From: the human T2T-CHM13v2.0 reference genome, Homo sapiens
Assembly: GCF_009914755.1 (NCBI RefSeq)
Contig: NC_060935.1
Length of the DNA: 64,000 nt
Strand: one strand, 5' to 3'
Of this stretch, positions 12,854 through 27,940 are shown one piece after another (within the stretch, counting starts at the first letter, position 1; each line of letters opens with the position of its first letter). The notes below the pieces were generated by a model. That model saw nothing but the letters and a program-made list of their open reading frames with translations, was not told where the DNA came from and did not search any database. Both the position numbers and the translations under genes were made by a program.

Positions 12854-13408
12854 TGTGCCAGAGGTGCCCAAGACCACTGCCAGGTTCTGTAATTCTCTGG
12901 GAAGACTCAGTGGACTCAGCATATAGTCTTACTTATAGTTTTGATTTATTATAGTGAAAAGATACAAAGAAAAATCGGTAAAAGGAAAAGGCACCTGAGA
13001 CAAAGTCTAGGGTAAAGCAAGCACAAGTTTCCAGAGTCCTCTCCCAATGGAATCACACAGGATGCACTTAATTCCCCTAGCAGTGATTTGTTACGACATG
13101 TGAATGAGTTGTCTACTGGACAAGGTCACTACAGACTCAGTGCCCAAAGTTTTTACTGAGGACAGGTCATCTAGGCAGGCTTTCCCTGGCAGATAGCAAA
13201 ATTCAAGACTCTCAAAAGGAAAGCAGGTGTTCAGCATAAGCCATATTGTTTGCACAAGCAGTTCAGACACAGTAAGCCAGTCTTATCAGTTAATTGTGGG
13301 AGCCCCTCCAAAATCTAAGTTCCCAAATGCCGGCCAGTGGCCAACCCTGTAATCAGGCCTCTCCAAGGATAGCAGTTTAGGCCTGCTATGTTAACTCTTT
13401 TCTGCACA
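12854..13408 (-). mobile_element. Solo LTR, MER68-like (ERVL)
   Basis: Reverse strand begins tgtgcagaaaagagttaacatagcaggcct, matching the recalled MER68 consensus; TG...CA ends. Confidence 0.8.
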
Positions 13409-14244
13409 AAACCTATAGAGTTAGGGCTTTGGATCTGAGATGAATGAAGTGTGGGTAGATTTACTGAGTCCTGTTATATGGGTTCTGCCCTACCAGGAAA
13501 ACTATGCCAGTTCTCAGGGCTTTTGTGCATTAATCTCCTAGGCATTTGAGGCTATGACTAAATTCCATAGGGATTTATCATGTGGATTCCACTGTGCTTG
13601 AGATGGCAGTTTAGATTTCAGCTCTGCTGTACATATTGCAAACTAGAGCCAAAGACTTTAAAGTGTGTACTGGCCTCAGGGGGATGAGGTTAATTTTTTT
13701 TTTTCATTTTAGATACTTTCCCTTTTAGTACTCCTCCTACTTTTCTTATTTTTACTAAAAAGGTACCACTCTATGAACAAACTAATAAAACAAGGCCAGT
13801 CTTGGAAGGAAAAAAATAATAATTCTTAGTGTGACAGTCTCCAAGAGAAGCAAGAATATAAGCTTAGAACAAGGGGTTAAGAATCCAGAATTCCTGGGTT
13901 CTTTTAACTAATTTTGCTACTCACTTGCCACTTTGGAGAGCTACTCACTCACTTTGGATAGGTTACTTGTTTCTTCTTTGCCTGAGTTTAAACCTATTGT
14001 GAATGAATGAAATACCCTGTAGTATATTTCATAAATACATTATGTGGCATTTTATTAATGGAGGTCTTTAATGTAGGGCTTTTATGGAAATATGAAGTAT
14101 TTATGTATTTATTGATTATTTATTTTTACCATGTTATTGAAGTCAATGGTGTTTGATTAGCTCAGTGGGTGAGCAAGCATATGGTGCTACTGGAGTCAAG
14201 GCTGGTCAGTAGGAAGCATCAGTCCATTCCATGGCCACTGGTAA

Positions 14245-14577
<333 letters not shown>

Positions 14578-16508
14578 ATGAGCGGTCTTGAAAATGAAAA
14601 ATGGTCTTGGCCACAGAAACCAGGTATGAGGGAGTGGTTGGAATGGTATAAAGTCATCACTGTTAGGGAAACAGTAACTTTAAATGCATTTTAACAGTGG
14701 GTCTTTAAAAATGAATGTCATTTGGTTAAAGAGTTTTGCTGGGCATTGAGATAATCTGACAGCATCTCCACTTCCTGTTTTTTTTCTTAATCTCCACTTT
14801 TTTTTTTTCTATGATGAGCGCCCCTAAAATGCTGGTAAGCTTCTTTCCAACAAAATTGCGGTCAAAGTAGGATGCTGGGGAATGCTGATTTTAGCAAAAG
14901 CTTGTAGAAAAGAGTGGCCTGGCACATGAGCTTAAAAAAAAGAAAAAAAGCTGGCTCTTGAATTTTGGCACAGTGCAACCTGTTCCATACCAGACAAATG
15001 AACAGGCTTAATCTGGTACCAATTCTTTTTCTCTCTTACTCCTCAGAAGTGAAGGGACTGCAGATCTTGTTGTTTTGGGGACACTTTCATGGAACTGTAT
15101 GTAGGTTTTTTTGAATGGTGAGAAATCTGAATAATTGGTAAGGGGAAGGGAATCCCTCATTTCAGCTTTTCTTGATGTTGTTACTAATAACTATGAAAAA
15201 ACTTCTGAGAGAACAATGTGAACTGAAGATGACTCAGCAGTTAAGACAATGCTAAGTTCTGAAACCACAGGTAAATGAAGGGCTAATTAATGTGTGGTAT
15301 ACTTGGACAAAATGAAGTACTCATTTGCACTGGATTACTGTGTAATGATAACGAACACTGTTCAAGAACGATTTATATTTCCATAAGATTTGTACTAAAT
15401 TTTATAAAAGTAAAACAACTTTTTATAAACCCAGAGTCTGTCTTTATATTTATGTGGTGGTTTTGCCAAGAAGTTAAAAAAAGCCTTTTGACCTGTAGAA
15501 ATGTTGACCTGTATTCATACTTACTAGTGAATATCTCTAATCTGCTGTTCATTATCCATCATTCCCCCTATTTTTTTTTATTTTGGGGGGTAACAGTTGA
15601 CATACACAAAACAGTTTGCCAAAAGAGAGAGGAAGAACCTTAATGTGTTTCTTGTTCTGCCACCTGTTTGGACACTTGTCTTGAAAATGTTGATGTCAAG
15701 TGAGTTGACATCAGAGACATCATCTGAAGACAGCTGGAGGCCCTGTCTTGAGGACTGTACTACCAATGCCTAAAACAGTCTGGGATGCATAGTAGATACT
15801 TAGTAAGCATGTTGAAAGAATGGACAAGAGGATGAGAATGTGGTTTAGAATCATCCCCATTGGAAAACCTCCTCAAAGGTTTTCCCAGTGGATTGGGTCA
15901 TCAATGTCATTTTTCTAAGTAAAGTACTACGGACCCTGAGGAGTGTGTTCTACCCAGACTGGCTTGACTTTCTGAAGGCATCCTATAGTTACAGCCTTTA
16001 GAACAGTTGAGCTATCGGCAGCTTTAAAGAGGCTTTCAGTTTTTTTTTTTTTTAAATCATTAATGCTTTGTAGGTGACTATAGAGATTTTCATCATTTAA
16101 AAAAATTAGTTCTGGAATGAATAACCACTGGCTTAATTCAATCTTTTGCTTACCATCTTCTGAAGCTTTCCCACAGCAAAATGCCTTCTTTGCTCACAGC
16201 TAGAACCGTGGGTCTGTTTAAGTTTGGAAAGATCTTGAAAGCAGCTTGCCAAGAGGTTTTGTATGCAAGGAAGAGAAGGTGAATTAGGAAACTTTCCCAG
16301 TTTGTTTTATTCCTGAAGCTTAAGTATTGAGGCTTCCCTCAAGTATTAAGGGAAGAGAGGAACTCCAAAATGCATGATTTGATGAGTCATTGGGTTCAAT
16401 TAATTTTATACTTACACTGTAACATTATTAGGATAGGGGAAAATAAGATATTTAGTACTTTTAAGAAAGATTTATTAAGTTTGGGGATAAGGTTTGCATT
16501 TTGGTCAG

Positions 16509-16596
16509 TATATATATGTATATATGTGTGTATATATATGTGTATATATATGTATATATATGTGTATATATGTATATATGTGTGTATATGTGTATA

Positions 16597-16648
<52 letters not shown>
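16509..16648. repeat. Compound (TA)n/(TG)n microsatellite
   Basis: Seen directly; ends in about 19 pure TA units. Confidence 0.95.
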
Positions 16649-16652
<4 letters not shown>

Positions 16653-17479
16653 TGGGATTCCTTCCGGTTGCATGTAAACACTCAATTTAAGAGTCTTCAG
16701 GGTAGAATTGTCATGCTAGAATACACCAGCAGGTGGCAATGTGTCCTGGTCTCATCATTAGGGAAGTGCCTTGGCTAATCTGCTTCTATTCTTTCCAAAA
16801 ATAAACATTACAAAATTAGTTGGCTGTGCCTTGAACCTAAAAAATCGAGCAATAAAGAGTCGTCTCTGGTCTCTGTTTATCTTTTCCTTTTTTTCCCCCC
16901 CGTTCTAACTAACGTCAGCGTGAGCTCATGCCTCTATTCGGGGATAATGATCCTTTCATGAACTGTTGCGGAATGACTTTTTGCAACAGCATTGTTAAGA
17001 GGTAATTGTTTCCTCTCTCCACATCCACTGTTTATTAGATTTGATTTGCTACTTGGATTCCACAAAATGGCTGAAATCCCTTGTCACCAACATAGGTTTA
17101 AGCTCAAAAGTCTGAAAATAGTTGGATAAAGGGAATAGCCACTTTGGATGTTTGCAGGCAGAACTGAAGAACTGTATTACATGTGGTACCTAAATTGCCA
17201 AAATACTGAATTATTCAATCATAAAACTAGATGGGTATCTAAAGCTCTCTACCCAGTAGGGGAAAAAACCGAAAAACCGTTTGGGAATCCTTCAGAGAGA
17301 ACCGTAATGCTATTTACTGGATAAATATACTTCATTTTCTTCTCCCAGTTCTTTCCACAACACGCTTGTTAAGTCGCCATGGAAAGCACCATGCTTTATC
17401 AATTTGGCAAATAACACATTTCATTTTGCCAAGGCAGAAACAGCCTAAAAGTAATATTTATACCGAGAAACCCTGGCTG

Positions 17480-19100
17480 CAGTCCCCAGCTGCTCTCCCG
17501 CAGCCCTGCGCCTCCGGCTCATGCAGCGCTCTCCCCCCGGAGCCGGCAGGTGCCCAGGTGAGCGGGGCCTGCGGAGGCAGCGAGGGGCGCCGGCCGGGAA
17601 CCGGCAGAACGCGTGCAGCCAGAAGACAGGAGAGATAATACATTCCCTTAAGTAATAAAAGTTTCCAGGACAAGGGGGGCTGGTAATTTTCAAAGAGCCT
17701 CCCGGCACGATGTCCTCGGGATCTGGGGGGCGCTCTCGGGCGGTCTCTGGTGAAAGTCGACTTAGTACAAACTGGACTCGAAGGGGCATGTCTCGGCACT
17801 CAGGGGCCCAGGCGCCGCGGGAGGTGGGTGGGCCTCCCGGGGCTGCACGGGTCCCACCTCCCTCTGCCCCGTAGGACTACTTTGCCGCTCTCCCAAACCG
17901 GGCTCCGGCGGAGGCGTCCGTTCAAGGGCGAGAGCGCGGCCCTGAGCGGCGGAGGGATCCCGGGTGAGGCGGCTTCCCGAAGTCAGAGGGGAGGGGGCCA
18001 TAAAGTCGGCGGGGGACGGGAAGCGCGAGCTCGCGCCGGACGCGGCCAGGGCCGGGAAACCAGAACCGGAACCGGAACCCGCGCGCGCGCCCGCGGTTGC
18101 GCGGCCCCCACGGCCGCCGGCCTCCTCCGCTGTCTGCGCGCGCGCCCGCGAGGGCCTCCAGAACCCGGCGAGCCGGCCCTGCGCCGGGAGACGCCGCCGC
18201 CTCCGCCTCCCGGACCAGGGCTTCCAGGCCGGGCCGGACGGGCATCTCCCGCCCCTCGCGGGGAGCGTCGGGGAGGAGCCGCCGCCTCTGGCGATTGCGG
18301 AAGAGTCCGGGCCTCAAAGGGATGGGGAGCAGTCCGCGGCGCTGAGAGACCCGGGTCCCTGTCACCTCGGGCCGCGGGACCTCTCCGCCGGCGCCAGCGG
18401 CTCGTCCCAGCACCGGGAGCCTGGTGAGGGCGGCGAGCACAGAAGGAGCCCCGGGCCCGGGACATGGAATCGCGCGAGCCCGGCGCGGGACGGCCGGAGA
18501 CGCGGCCAACGCTGCGGCCACGAGCAGCCGGCAGCCCCAGATAGAGAGCCGGGAGGGAGGGCCCCGGCCCTTGCCGCGGCGGGGAGTTCGAGGCCCCGAG
18601 ACTCCGGAGGAGGAGCCGACACCCGTCCGTGAGCTGATCCCGCCCCAGCCCCGGCGGGAGTCCCGGGTCCCCTTCCCACTGCGCGCGGATTTCCCTCTCT
18701 GAGGAAGTTTATCCTTGTGCCTTCTGGAGGATTTCTCTCTAGCTCGACTCACTCTGGACTGACTCGCTCCCTGGCTTTCTCAGTTCGTTTTGGGAGATAA
18801 CTTGTTTTGCTCCAAGCCGCATCCGTTGACCCCTTACAGTCGGATGGTCTAGATGACTGAATGGAGTTTTGAGTTGGACTTTTGTGTCCCTGACGGAGTT
18901 GGGCCTGATCCCAGAGCACTGGGGGTGGGGAGGAGGTGTTACTGTAAAATGCAAGTTGGATAAAAGGAGGACCTCTCGCCAAGGGCCCCAATGAGTGGCA
19001 CACAGTCTACTATCACCGACAGGTTGGTATGAATTCCTCCTTCGTTCGGCCTCCCGGAATCGGGCCCGACCTAGCAGGGGAGTCGGTGATTGCAGATTGC
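17480..19100 (+). promoter_or_regulatory. ARHGEF12: CpG island / ARHGEF12 promoter and GC-rich 5' UTR
   Basis: Very high CpG density; tandem ETS-type ccggaa sites at ~18067-18078; gcgcgcgcgc tracts. Confidence 0.9.
18991..19022 (+). CDS. ARHGEF12: ARHGEF12 (LARG, Rho GEF 12) coding part of exon 1, MSGTQSTITD(R); intron 1 appears to run past the window end
   Basis: Matches the recalled LARG N-terminus MSGTQSTITDRFPLKK; donor AG|GTTGGT at 19023. Confidence 0.93.
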
Positions 19101-22100
19101 CTTTGGCCAGCGAAGTTGACAGGCAGAGGAAAGAGGGTTGTTTCGGAGCTGTGCAGTTAGCCTGGGGTTGCTGCCGAGTTATCCAGTTGATTGGCTTTTG
19201 GAAATGTAATTTTTCCGGAGAGAAACTTCCCTTCCGATTCTCAGAGAAGGGGGAGGCAAAACCATGATTGTGGTTTTCCGCCTGTAGTGTGCATTAGGAT
19301 TGTGTACTCGTCTGGAAATCAGAGGAGAAGGTCATTTTAGGTGAAGGTCGGTGCCTGAAGTCGGCTCGGTATTGGTGTATTATTTATCAGCTTTAGCCGT
19401 GTCCTGCAGTAGATTCTCAAGACAATTACATTTTAGGAATTTCTACCTGTGAACTTAATGTTGAGCCTACTGCATGGTGATCTGGGAACTTGATCTCTTT
19501 CAGATGTTGACCTGCACGGTGTTTAATTATTATCTAATAACTTTCCAGAATGTTGACATTACCAGTAAATCACAGGTTCTTGCTGGAAGCAATGTCCAGG
19601 AGCTGAAGAAATGAGGGTAAATCATGGGGTTTGCTTTTAATTCTTGTATTTAAATATTTCGTCTTCCAGAAACACTTGGCGTTTAAGAGATATAAGCCGT
19701 AAGCATAGTGTAAGCGCGCAGCTGAATTTGTTGAGTTCTGTGTCTGTCCTTTATAGCACCTACCAGTGTTGCATGGTGGTGGGTGGCGAATTGAGCTAGA
19801 CCATGTGTGGTTGAAGTGCAGTTTGCTTATCCTAAGTTACTCTTGTTTATAGGGTAAGGGATAAAAAGCATATTGATTCCTTGACCACATTTCATTCTCA
19901 ATTTAATTATGACACTGCATGCTAGTCCCAAATTTGTCAGCTTGCTTTATTTTTAAGTCAGTCTTCGAATTATTACACCGTGAAAAAATAGATCAAGTAA
20001 CTGAATTAGAGGGCCAAAGCTCTTTGATGAAAAGTGCAACAATAGTGCTTCTGCACAAAGTAGTCTTAATTTCCTAATAAGAGTTTTACCCAATTGTAAG
20101 ACTCATTTGTTGATTTTAAAAGGGCCAAATTCCATTATCATACCATAACAGCTACTCCAGAAACAGAACTTCCTCTTCCTGTTGATGCTTTCCAGCATCA
20201 CATGAATGTTCACTTAAAAGAGTCTGTTAAATATTTAAAGTATTTATATTTACTCTTTGTGTATTTTTCAAAGTGGGTTTTCATTTTCAATGAAATAATT
20301 TTTAACTTTTCCAAGAATACACTTAAGATAAGTATTGACAATGCTTATCTTACTTTCTTCTGGTTATCCCCATTTTTTTCCTTTCAGGGTGTTTTGCTTC
20401 TGAGAAATCACTTTTACGGGTGTGGGGATAATTGTTTTCCTGCTTCATTCAATTCTCGCTCTTTCTGTTGAGCCTGTAAACAAAAGTCTTGCTAGGAACT
20501 AATGTAATGTTGGTTTTCATTGCGATGCTGAGGTGTTTAATTTATGGAAACAGAACGGACTCATTCCACACACAAGTGAGTGAAAAGCCCTCAAGTAATG
20601 GTTTTTCTTCAGCATTGCTTCTCAGGGATTTTCCTTGTCTTCTCGTTATCTTGGAAATAGAATCTTGGAATTTGTATCCTCTTTATAACGTAGATGGCAT
20701 ATAAACATTCAATAAATATGAAATTACTGAAAGCCTGTTTCTTTTCTTTTTCTTTTTTTTTTTTTTTTTTGGCCAGGCACTGTGCAGGCACAAGAGATTA
20801 CAAAATGAATATTGTAAGATTAATCTGCAAATTGGTTTGGGCATTAATGTTTTTTGAACTGGTTCAGGTGCTGCTGCCTAATTTTACATTTTTTTTTTTT
20901 AAAGAAAAGACCTTGGAAAGCCAATTAATAAGCACTGCTGAGACCTGTTTCGTAGGATTTTTTTTTACTAGGGTCTTTTTTTATTAAGAATTATTCTTAT
21001 TTGACCACATTTAAATATATTTTGTAAATATAAAGCATCCATTTGCTGTTAAGAGAGTAGTTGTTCCTAATATGAATATATGTTGGGGTGAAATCTGGAG
21101 GTACTGGTTTAGTATTATTTCTCTGCCAAGGTGTCTTAACAAAGTTACGAGTATATAATAGTTTCTAGCTTTCTGTCAGCCCTACCTCATCCTTTTTTCG
21201 TAGTGTCTAACTCTTACTGTAGGTATATTTTGCTGACTCTAGAACTGTTGGAAAATTAACAGCACCAGTGTAGCTTTTTAGATAGAGATCCTTTCAAGTT
21301 TGAAGTGCTGTATGTGGTATGGCTTTGTTTCGTAGAGTGTGCAGAACCACCAGGCCAGCTGTGTGAGTTAGAGTTCTTTCATTGTGGTGCTTCTGACTAC
21401 AGAGTCTGTCTGTCCTCAGTTGAAATCAGACTAGCTGGTTTTGGGCGTTGTTCTGTTTTGCAGTTTGTGGCAGGCGACACATGGCTGAACAAGATAAGGG
21501 TTTTATTCTTGTGTTAGGGACGTGCTGGGGCTGGGATGGAATTCAGCTATGTTTAGGCTCTGATTGGTCACTTTGGATACTCAGAACTCTGTTACATCCT
21601 GTTATTATTTTGCAGTTAAATCAACACATTAACTTGCTCTCTTCTCTTTCCCTTCATCTTTTACTCCCCAGTCCGCACCCCTTAAAACCTAAAACTCAAA
21701 CTTTTTAAAAGACTTTAAACTCAAACTATGTTCATGGTAGCTATTACTTCTATGTAGTATATCCAAACAGCTTTAAAAAAAATGGTAAGCAATTTATGAG
21801 CCCTGGAGTCTGTAGTTTTCATCGTTTAGAATGAGCACTTGACAAGTGTAGAAATGTCTGATTGCTGCTTTTTAGTCTGCATTGATTGCTGCATTCAGTC
21901 TTAAAATACATCCTAATCGTTTCCAATCCTCCTACATGTCTTTCTTGTATCCCTGAGAATTTAGGGGTCCTATAGCAATTGGAATTTCTTCTGAGAGGTA
22001 GACAGGAGAGAATGCCCTTTTAGTAGACTCAGTAAATGATTTCAGGCCAGTGTCTATAACATTGAATTTTCAGGGACAGTACAGGTAGGAAAGTTATAGG

Positions 22101-22817
22101 GTTCTTCCTTGAAATAAATGGACTTTTGTTTTGGCTAGGGCTTATGAATTTTGTAGTTTTTGATTTATAGATAAAGACAGGTTTTTGATACAATTTTTTT
22201 AAAGCACTGAATTCAGCTTTGAGCTGTTTAACTTAAGCAGATTTTTAAAGTGAGTGTGGAAACCTGTGACTTTATATGCCTGTACCCAGTAATTAATGAT
22301 ACTTTTCATTAGTGATACTTTTTCTGTCAAAATTGCTGTATAATGGTTTTGATTAAAAAAAAAAGAGCTACTCATGTTTATATGTTATTTTCAACGTTGC
22401 ATGAGTCATCTCTCGGCAAGGTGAAATTATTTGTAACCTTTTCTTGTAAAGTCAGCCAGTCCATAAATACAAAATTGAAATGGGGGCCAAAGATCACAGT
22501 GTTAGTTTTGTATTCAGTTTTATCTTTGCCTTTTTAGTTCAGTATAAAATCTTGAGTCATAAAGGTATGCAATAGTACATTCACTTGTACAGTTTTACAT
22601 GAGTCAACATGCAGAATCTAAAGTAACTTTTTTTGAAAGTACAGTGTTGTAGTCTTCCTGATTAATGGTACATTTATATGATGTTCATATTCAGTAAGGT
22701 GACAAGAGAAGCTTTATTTGAAATCATTACAAAAATATGTTAACCTTGGAATACCACTTAACACATTGGTGGTTTCCGGTTGTTAACATGTATATACCAT
22801 CGAGTTAACATGTAGGT

Positions 22818-23101
22818 TTTTTTCTTTTTTGAGTCTTGCTCTGTCACCCACGGTGGAGTGCAGTGGCGTGATCCCCTCACTGCAACCTCCGCCTCCCAGG
22901 TTCAAGCGGTTCTCCTGCCTCAGCCTCCTGAGTAGCTGGGATTACAGGCACCCACCACCACGCCTGGCTAATTTTTGTATTTTTAGTAGAGACGGGGTTT
23001 CACCATATTGGCCAGGCTGGTCTTGAACTCCTGACCTTAGGTGATCCACCCGTCTCGGCCTCCCAAAGTGCCGGGATTACAGGCTTGAGCCACCGAGCCC
23101 A
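22818..23101 (-). mobile_element. AluS
   Basis: Reverse Alu dimer. Confidence 0.9.
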
Positions 23102-25711
23102 GTGGTTTTTTTTGTTGTTGCTGTTGTTGTTTTTTAACTAAGTTTGAGTTTTCAGTTTAAAAAATGAAATTTGAGGCAAACATTCATGGAATCCATAAAT
23201 GGTGAATTTTACATATGTTTCTGTGGAGCATTGCGATTCCAGGGAAAACAGTTGGAAAATATTTCATTGTACATATGTGGTTGCCTCTTCTAAATGTCAT
23301 CCAGTGGTGGGTATGAATTGCTTCCCAAACTGATACGGGTCACAGAAACAGCAAGATAACATACTGGTTCCCAGAGGTAATTGAAGGGACTCTTTTGCAT
23401 CATGGTTGTCTGACATTATTAGAAATGTTTCTTATATACTTGCTTGTTTCCTAGAAATTGACCATGACACATTTTCAAGAATAGTAGCTTAACTTCTTTT
23501 GGTCTTTTCTGTTAAAACTTGGTTTTGATGATGTTCCTGAGCTTTATTTGAAGACATGCTCCTTTCCCTTATAATAATTACAGGTTTTCAAAATAGTGCC
23601 ATGTGAGTTAAAATTTTTAAATCAACAAAATTATATTTTTGCCTTCTTTTGAGTAAAATACCATCATGTAGGTAATGATATCCTGTGGTAGTATAATTCT
23701 TTAACATTTACAATATTTTCAGTTCAGTACAGGGCAGATCATGCTTCTGTCATTTACACTTTAAGCTAATTCATACAGTTTAAGTCAAGATTTTAAGTCA
23801 AGATTATAAAACTAGAAAGGGCAGACCCAAGATTTTAACCTAGATTTTCTGGCTCTCAAGTCCCCCATTGTTTTTTTTCATTTTAAATTATTGTCTTTCT
23901 TTGTACTGTATTTTTCTGTGCTATTTTCCTTTAGTAACTCTCCAGCTTGATGAAGTCAGTTGGATTTTTCTCTTACAGCATAGTTTCTAGTACCTTACCC
24001 ATTCTAATTTTAAATATCTCTTGAGGATAAAGCTTTTGTCACTTCCTCAGGAGACTGAAGCACAGTCTGATAGATCTTGCTGTCAGGAAGTTTTTCCTGA
24101 TCTTTACGTCTAACTTTTCTTTTAAGTTGTCCTGTTACTTGTATGTACTTGCTGTACCAGGCTAAATAATGCTCTCCTCCCATTTTATGTTTGTATGATT
24201 CTAAATGTTTCAGACGGTTATTCATTATCCTTTCCGGTCCCCTTCCCTTACTCTTTGCTTAGCCAAGCTGTATGCTTTCTGTTGATCCATTGTCTAAAAA
24301 TCAGCTTATCTTAATATTTCATTAGCTTTTTCTCAGTTGCTCTCCTACTGCAAAAATATGGGTAAAGAGATTCTCAAGGTCATTTTGATTCACTTTTATT
24401 TTAGATAGTCTTTAGGATGGATATGAGATATGTCACAGTCAAATGAAACAAATTTATACAAACAGCATGATTACCAAATCAACTAATTAAGCAATTACTC
24501 ATGTTCTAAAAGGCTTTTTTACAAAGCGATTCTTTCAAATATGAGTACCCTCAATGTAACAAATGTTATCAATTCTATGACAAAAGGGTAGGGTATAGAA
24601 ATAATGTTAGCCACCTTTGATGGAAAATCATCTTGTTGCAATATGATGAAATACATCAGGAAGTTGTTTCTTATTTTTTCCAGTGGTTTTTCAGTTCGTT
24701 ATCTTAAATTGTAGGTCAAAACATTCCTCGATGTTTGGTTTATTTTTACCTTATTGTTTTGTCTCCTCTTATTTCCACATGTTAGTGAAATAACAATGCT
24801 TAGCAGTATTTTTTTTTTCAGTAAAATGGATATTGTGAAAATTGAAATATTTTACTTTCTTGCTGTTGTATTTACAAGAATTGTTAATGACAAGACAGTG
24901 TAACAGAAAAAGTGCATATTTAGATTATTATAAAATCTGTAAGACTGTAGACCTTTTGAATACTTTATTAGCATATTTTCTTTAGTACTATTTTAGTTTC
25001 AAATTATTGAGATAGATGTCCTTGTTTTGTATTTTGCTAATATTAATATTTTGTATTTTGGTAATACTAAAATTTGCAAACATGCCAAATTTAGAGCATT
25101 TTACTTTTTCAACTTAGAATATCTGGAATCATCAAGATAGTCATATAGGGAAGACCGCTATAAGACAGCTTCTAACTCCAATAGAAGCCTATGAAGCTAG
25201 TGCCTGGTCAGAGGCTGTGCCTAAATTGCATGAGTATATAGTGTCGACTTTTAGTAAAAGAAAAAATACACTAACTTTACCTCTTGAATTAGCATGCACC
25301 AATGCAGTTTAGATTCATACCGAAACAGGATCTTTTACTAATTCAAATGCTGAGTCCTGGTTTTTGAGATCACAGTCACATGACAGGCCTGGGTGGCTTC
25401 TCAGTGTCTAGAGACAAGCAAATCTACTGGCCAATGAAAAGTAGGTTTCCTGTCTTGGACTGCAAGTAACAATTCATGCAGAAATTGGAACTATATAAGA
25501 GAGCCTGGTTTTAGTTAATGCTTTCAATTAGCTGCTTGTCACACTGCTTTTTCTTTTGGTGTTATATAACACATTAGAGTCATTTAAAGGTACACTCTGA
25601 TACTACAGTTTTTGTCAAATATTACATATAAATGTTGATTTTACATTCATATACTCAAAAGATCAAAGAGGACTTTGTAGATCTTTTATGGATTCAAAAA
25701 AATGTAGATTA

Positions 25712-26043
<332 letters not shown>

Positions 26044-26811
26044 GGAGACTTCATCAGCCTCTGAAGGAATGATACCTGAAATTGATCTTGTAATGCAGAA
26101 AGTGGCTATATGTTATCCAGAAGAGTAACAGATACCCCAAATACACTTGCTAACACAAGAAATCCTGTGAAGGTGCTTAGACATACCCTTCCATAGATTT
26201 TAGATGGGTTATCTGCCTATGTTCCAGACACAAGCCGATATGTTGTGGTTTGCCCAGTACAGTCTCTGTGGTTTACTGAGAGGAAGTGGTTCTTGTGGGT
26301 GAAGGTCTGATCTTTTCAGAGATTGTTGGTGGCATATGCACTGTCAGCCTATTTCCTGTTTTATTGGCTGTTTAGCAAGACCTTCTTAGGGCAAGTGCTG
26401 CTGAAGAGGTATTTAAATATTTTGTATTGGCAGGATAGATGGTTATAATGATGTATTATTATATCACTACTTCTCAGGTGATATGAGAGTTAAATGAATG
26501 TTTGTGAAGTGCTTTGAGATCTTAGGATGAAAAGTACAGACATGTTCTTAGTCATTTGCAGGTTACTGCTATGTTCAGATATTGCTCTCTTGAAGTTAAA
26601 ACTTGTTCATGTAGTAAAGTGTTACTCTATTAAACTTGATTTCTGTAACCATTCAAGTGTTGTTTTATCACCACAAGAGTCATGATTAGAATTTTTCCCC
26701 TTTTTTTCCTTTCTTTCAATGCTCCTTTATGATTTTACCCTAGAAGAGTTTCCTTAATAGATTCCTTGCTCTAGTACTGGTTAAGGCATATTTACCAAAC
26801 TTAACACCTAG

Positions 26812-27009
26812 CAAGCTTGTCCAACCTGCCTTATTTTGCTGTTGTTCTTCTGTTTTGTTTTGTTTTAGGCTTTCAGCAGCCTGAAGCCATGGTTTTTAGT
26901 TTCTGTCTCTAGTGATAAAACGGAAAGAGGGATGAGGAAGGGGCTTTACTGGCCCATCCAGAAACAGAAACTAAGAACCCATGACTGTATTCTCTCCCTT
27001 GAACAACTG
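26812..27009 (-). mobile_element. MER107-like hAT-Charlie MITE
   Basis: caagcttgtccaac...cagcctgaagccatggtttttagtttctgtctctagtgataa...ctcccttgaacaactg matches the recalled MER107 consensus. Confidence 0.75.
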
Positions 27010-27168
27010 TAACTAGAGCAAACCTCTTTGCCAATTTAACTGGCATACTAAAATAATGAAATTGTGAGAATTTCCTTTGAGATTAGTAACTGTACCATCC
27101 ATATACAAAACACTATATTGCTTTGCTGAAACCTGAAAGTGAGCAAACTGATAGAAATGCATATAACA

Positions 27169-27529
<361 letters not shown>

Positions 27530-27940
27530 TTAAAAAAATTAACAATGAATGGGGGAAGGCTTTATTTAAAGCTAAATTGTTAGCTAATACGTGAGTTCTT
27601 CAAGGGTATAAGAATAGTTCTTATTCATTTTTAAGTAATTATCGGTAGCCTTATTATATTTTTATTTTTTAATACTGAAAAGCAGAAGGAAGAAAAATAA
27701 ATGGCCCAAATGATCCAACTACCCAGATGTTGCTGCTCAGGTTAAACGCACACACGCATACACACACAGAAAATTCAAATCATATAAAATGGTATAAAAA
27801 AAAGTATTCCTACACACCTGTTAGTTTTCATACCTTCTCCTCATAGGTAACAATAGTTAATTTTTTTGGTTTATCTTCTGAAACATTTAAAAATATATAC
27901 CAGCCTATAATTTTATTTTTTGCACCTACTCCATAATAAG

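Noticed and set aside
17366-18752. Long overlapping ORFs (up to 276 aa)
   Set aside because: CpG-island artefacts, many starting at non-ATG codons; only the short ATG uORFs were retained
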